From the NCBI GenBank assembly GCA_951406725.2, contig OX597843.1:20522001-20586000 (forward strand): a stretch of DNA of 64,000 nucleotides, read 5' to 3'. Below, one piece after another: positions 54,098 to 64,000 of this stretch; position 1 is the first letter of the stretch; every line of letters starts with the position of its first letter. This stretch comes from Octopus vulgaris (taxonomy: Eukaryota). The notes under the pieces were generated by a model. It saw nothing but the letters and a program-made list of their open reading frames with translations, did no database searches and was not told the origin of the DNA. The translations under genes were made by a program, and so were the position numbers.

Positions 54098-55923
54098 TCA
54101 TTGTGCATGTGCGAATCGGAGTTGATACTGAAGCTATAAAGACGTGTTTTTGAAGCCGTCTTAAATTGAAGATTTTTGAAACTCAGCTGTACAAGTAAGA
54201 CTTTTTGGGGGGTCTAGTGGGGGCCTGTTGTCTACCGAAATTATTTTTTGCAAACAAGAAGTCCTCACTGGATTCTGGTCTACCTGTAGCTGAGTGAATA
54301 TCTTTTCACTTAACTGTGAAAATTATTGTTTTGTGGGCGTATCCTGCCGCAAAATTTTGTTTGAGAATCGTGTTTGTCCAGGAATAACTCTGGGAATTTT
54401 TAGAAAAGATTTCAACAATATTGTTCCTGTTAAGGATTACCTATGAGAAGAAAATTGGAATGATTTGCGCTAAAATTTTGACCTGGAGTACCAAGTGTCC
54501 TTTACTGTGCTTTGAACTGCTGCTCTGTCTTCAACCCTCTTTTATTTAAAAAAAGACTCTTTATTGAACTGTTAATTTTTTTCTCCTTCCTTTTTGTTTA
54601 GACTTTTTCTCTTCCTTCTTTATCCTTAATTATTTTGTATTTTATGAAGTGTTTTTTTAACTTTTTTAAAAGAAACATGGCAAAGAACAATGGAAAGTAG
54701 GTGGAGTGGGAATTTATACCACCCAAAAGATGATTAAAAGAACTTGAAAGTAAGACGGTGGTTTTGAGGACCTACTCTAGGATCCTCGACGCCATTGCCG
54801 TTTTCAAAAAATATTAACGAAAGAGAGATGGCAGAATTTAAGCCAGCTATTAAGTTTCTCACTCGGAGGGTCAAATATGCAACCGTGTGGTACTATTTTA
54901 CTTCCCAGAAGTGGATTGTGATTTTGCGTGCCAGCTCCTGGAAGGCAATGAAATTTTGTTTCTTCCCACTTATTGTGGGAAGAAGTTGAGGAGGGCTTGG
55001 GTTTGCGGCTTTCCACCCGGTGCTGAGCCCGAATGGATTGGAGATACTATCCGCCGGGGTCTTGTGGCAGTAGCACCAAGCTCTTCAATGTAAATATTCT
55101 GCCTGCGGCTTACTGGGAGGGGTCAAAAGCTGTTTTGACCCTCTGGACCAAGTCAGCCGAAAGTCTAGTATTTCCAGACTTTTTGAGAATCGGCTGGTCC
55201 AAGTATCCGGTGATGCTTGAGGGAGCATCTCCTCCAAGTGTTATCGGTGCCTTGAACCTGGCCATATAAAAAAGAACTGTCCTCAACGGCAAAGCAAAAT
55301 CCTGGAGCGGTTAACGGAGACCTCTGTAGAAGAAGGAAAGCAGGCGGCCGAGGAGATAGAGGATGCCTCAAAGAAGAGCCGCAAAAGGAAGAAGGTGAGT
55401 AATAATGGGTGCTCACCGAAGGATTCTGGGAATGCGGGAGGGGAGGCACATGTTCCGGTCACGGACGAGATGCACCCTCCCCCAGTCAAGAAGCAAAAAG
55501 AGGATAAAGGAGAAACGGGATATTGCCGACAGTCGGAGATATGAAGCCTCATCGGTGTGGGTCGTGCCACTGGCGGGGTGGCGTGGGTAGACACACTTGG
55601 TAAGAATTGTTCCGCCAATGGTAGGATTGACTACCTCGGACCTGGAGGAGAAAGAACTGCTGTTCTTCTGTTATAGAGGAGGAGTGGTGGAAAAGGTGGT
55701 GGTAGAACACTACAAGAGAGTACCTTTGGCCTTCGCACGGTAACCCGAATGGCCTCCGCAGATGGCTGTGGAGTTCATAACGTTGCGCATGTTTTATAGG
55801 CTGGGGGGACTAAAAGAGGAATATCACTCGTGGCCGGGTGACGCCAACTCGGAGCATGCCTTGATTTTAAAGCTAGCATGGGCGATGGTGGAGTACACGT
55901 ACACAAGCGATGATGAGGATTGA
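54098..55923 (+). mobile_element. Non-LTR retrotransposon 5' region with gag-like ORF1 (CCHC knuckle), degenerate, no ORF2
   Basis: ATG at 54677; FLPTYCGK..AWVCGFPPG..WIG; YPVMLEG..KCYRCLEPGHIKKNCP (55239-55283). Begins right after a truncated SINE head (54061-54097). Confidence 0.7.
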
Positions 55924-56149
55924 CAAGAGGTTGAAAAGTCTCAGTGTTATAATGTGTAAGAATTTAAGAGATAAAAAGGGAAGCCTAAGAGAGATGGTGG
56001 TAGTGGTTGTGAGTGTGGTGGTAGTAAGTATTTTAAATCCCCTATCACTTAACGCATGCTCAGAAATGCAATTCCATGAAATATTCACACTTATATACAG
56101 TGTCATATGTACGGCGTATATATATTTTACAATTGTATATATATATATG

Positions 56150-56440
56150 TGGAGGCGCAATGGCCTAGTGGTTAGGGCAGCAGACTTGCGGTCGTTGGGT
56201 CGCGGTTTCGATTCCTTGTGAGTGTATATTGAGCGAAAACACCTAAAAGCACCACGAGGCTCCGGCAGGGAGTGGTGATCCCTGCAGTACTCTTTCACCA
56301 CTCTTTCTCCCACTCTTTCTTTTGTTGACCTGCTCGCTTAGCCAGCGGGATGGCGTCATTTGAAGGCTAAAACAATGCGAACACATTGTGACCAGCGATG
56401 TGTAGCAACATCTGATGGTCTGGTCGGGCACATGATAATG
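56150..56440 (+). mobile_element. tRNA-derived SINE
   Basis: ggaggcgcaatggcctagtggttagggcagcagac..ggtttcgattcc (A and B boxes); (GAT)n tail. Confidence 0.9.
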
Positions 56441-56455
56441 ATGATGGTGATGATG

Positions 56456-59070
56456 ATATATATATATATTATAATGAAAGTACCAGGAGTGTAAATGTAC
56501 AATTGCAAAAGTGTGAACTACACTTCAGAAGAAGGGATTATATAAGGGGTTACAATTTTTCCACAATCAATGAAATAGCTGCACCGTGAAAACAGAGACA
56601 TTCTTGTCTATCCATGGAATTCACCTGCAGAGCGAATCGCGTAGACATTGTGCCATCTAGTCTCAATGAGTTATCCACTTCTATTCCCTCATGGAAAGTC
56701 CGGATGGCACTGTGGGATTCTATATGTGGCGAAACGCAGAACATCCGCTGGCAGACGACTCACGATGTAATTTAGGGTTGCTGATTGCAGTACCTAGGGG
56801 ACCATCAGGCCCAGTTGCTCGTAGAGCAGTACAGTGGACTTATGGACTACCTGCAGAGAGGAGCTTTGAAGAAGTGAACACTGTAGGAGGTGAAATCTAT
56901 GCAAGATTTAAAGATGCGTACATATGACTTGGTCTTCTCCAAAATTATGTGATGTTGGAACATGCCATACTAAAGGTGCTGCATATCGGATGGCATTTCA
57001 GCCGCGTATCACGTTTGTTGTCCTATGCACCTATTCAAATCATTCAAATGTCCTTCGCCTGAGGAACAGTCACAAGAATACCATGATGGTAGATTATGCT
57101 CAGCGAGTTTTGAATGCATACTCTACACTCTATAAATTCTATGCAAATTGTAAATGGCATTAGCGGCCTTAATATTGGCTTGTCTGAACCAGTTCTAGTG
57201 TAACGGGTAGGGCAAAAACATGACATGAACCACCCCGGCATTGCAACCGTTACCGATGAGCAGAGAGTGATCGCTGATGCAGTCATTGAAGACAGTTGAT
57301 AAGAAAAGGTGAGGTGAGGTGCTGGAATGTTCCTGCTTCTATGCAGAGGTTCCTGGAGGTTGGGACAAGAATTACATATTTAATACGCTGATCTCACATC
57401 TACGAAGGAGAAACTATCAAGTGGTGCGTGCAGAGGCATAGCTTTAACATTGATCTCTGGTGGAAGGACGGTGCACAGTTTGCTCAAATTGCCCGTTCCC
57501 CTGTTGGAAACTAGCTTTTGCAGTGTACCACCCATCTCTGAACAGAAATTATTTGAGAAATTTTTATTTGATCATTATAGATGAGGCTTCCATGATCCCT
57601 CTTTATGCTTTTCATGCTAATGACAAAGCTCTGAAAGAAATCACTGGCAAGAATGAAGGTTTCGGTTGAAAAGTTGTGCTCATTGGTAGAGACTTCAGGC
57701 AGGTTCTGCCAATATTGCCAAGAGGAATTTGTGAGGCAGTAATTCAGATCTCCATTAAGAACTCTCCTCTCTGGTTACACTTCAGACATTTATATGTTGA
57801 GCCAAAATAGAGCAATAACAGATCGAAGAGAATTTGCAACATGGCCACTACACTTTGACAATGGCACCACAACTCTTATGCAAGATTTAAGCGAGTCAGT
57901 GATGATGTAAACGTGCTACGTGATTCATGCTTTAATGGGTCGCTGATAAATAATGCTTTTTGGCAATGCCCCTCAAGAACAAAGAACAAGTAGAGCGATC
58001 CTCTCACCAAAAAGTTCAGACTGCTTAAAGATAAACGAAGGGGTTATGGATAAACTCCAAAGTGACCAGTGTTTTTAATACAGCATGGATAAGGTCTTCA
58101 CAGATGAGCTGCTGAAGCTGAGCGATATTCACTGGAATTTCTGATTTCATGGACACCATCTGGAATGCCACCTCCTAGATTGCATTTGAAACCTGACTCC
58201 TTAATCATGCTCCTGAGGAATATTTCAATTGAAAATGGTCTCTATAACGGAACAAGACTGAAAGTGGAAGCCCTCTACCAAAACTCGATTGAAGCCTCAA
58301 TAATAAGTGGCACATTGATCGGGAGACGTATTCTCATTCACAGATAAGGCTGGTACTAAGAAACCAAATCCCGTTCGCTTGACATTTGCAATGACTATCA
58401 ATAAATCACATGGGCAGATATTTGATAAACTGGAGCTATTCTTGCTTGAACCTGCGTATTACTGGTCACCTATATGTTGTTCCCCAAGGGCTCACAAACA
58501 TTATCTGATATTAAAGTTAAAGTTACCAACACTGACAAACAAGGGAAAAGAAGAGGGAGAGGTTACGCGAACAACACAATCTGTAACGAAGTATTGGATT
58601 GAAAGGTATACGCAAATTGAAATATGTATAAGCTCTGATGCACCGCCTTTCTTATGAACTACCAACGATGTGGCTTTCAGACGATGCCATGTTGCATTAA
58701 ATTTTCAACCCTATCTTTTACCTATAAAATCATTTTTTTACTATAATATTTTTGTTTTCTTGATATGAACTTGTGGCCATGTAAATTTTAAAATGCAATT
58801 TTTTTCTCTCCATGGGGTAAATGGAAAAAATATCAAATATTTATTTTATGATTGCTGTGTAGTATGTGTATAAAATCTTACATGAAGTATATAAAGTACA
58901 TATATAAAGTGCATTAAGTAATCATCGTATTTCAGTTTCCTTCAATTTTCATTGAATAGCAGATGAGAAATATTCTTTTCATACACACACAACACAGTCT
59001 ACGCTTTCAGATTTTTTGATAAATTTTTCAGGAGTCACCGAAAAGTTTTATTATTAATTCCGTGGAATAT
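56456..59070 (+). mobile_element. Helitron helicase pseudogene copy C plus 3' flank; direct paralog of 1879-4495
   Basis: IIDEASM, GRDFRQVLP, MPPPRLHLK..LLRNISIENGLYNGTRL, FAMTINKSHGQ. Confidence 0.9.
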
Positions 59071-59170
59071 NNNNNNNNNNNNNNNNNNNNNNNNNNNNNN
59101 NNNNNNNNNNNNNNNNNNNNNNNNNNNNNNNNNNNNNNNNNNNNNNNNNNNNNNNNNNNNNNNNNNNNNN
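59071..59170. other. Assembly gap (100 N)
   Basis: Run of N. Confidence 1.

Positions 59171-64000
<4,830 letters not shown>

Overview
AT-rich, microsatellite-dense eukaryotic DNA with no intact host gene that I can detect. The SINE families and repeat landscape suggest a cephalopod, probably Octopus (inference from pattern recognition, not a database hit). The window is a nested graveyard of decayed transposons: Helitron Rep/Pif1-helicase copies, a full Ty3/Gypsy element with LTRs, PBS, PPT and TSD inserted in a Helitron, RTE, HERO-like, R4/Dong-like, Tx1-like and CR1-like LINEs, five Penelope-like (PLE) coding remnants, Tc1/mariner remnants and tRNA-derived SINEs. Large paralogous blocks are present: 1-1878 = 34753-36617, 1879-4495 = 56456-59070, and 39142-44119 = 59171-64000 inverted. 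The most interesting signal is non-coding. Several families of palindromic PLE terminal-repeat units lie in or next to (TA)n tracts and carry outward-facing minimal hammerhead ribozyme motifs. One family has a covaried U3-A8 core (UUGACAA instead of CUGANGA) in four copies. A second signal is a recurring order (acidic Asp/Glu segment, AG-rich leader, STPR-like repeats, RepHel) that suggests a decayed head-to-tail array of a large Helitron. Boundaries were read by eye and are approximate unless the sequence is quoted.
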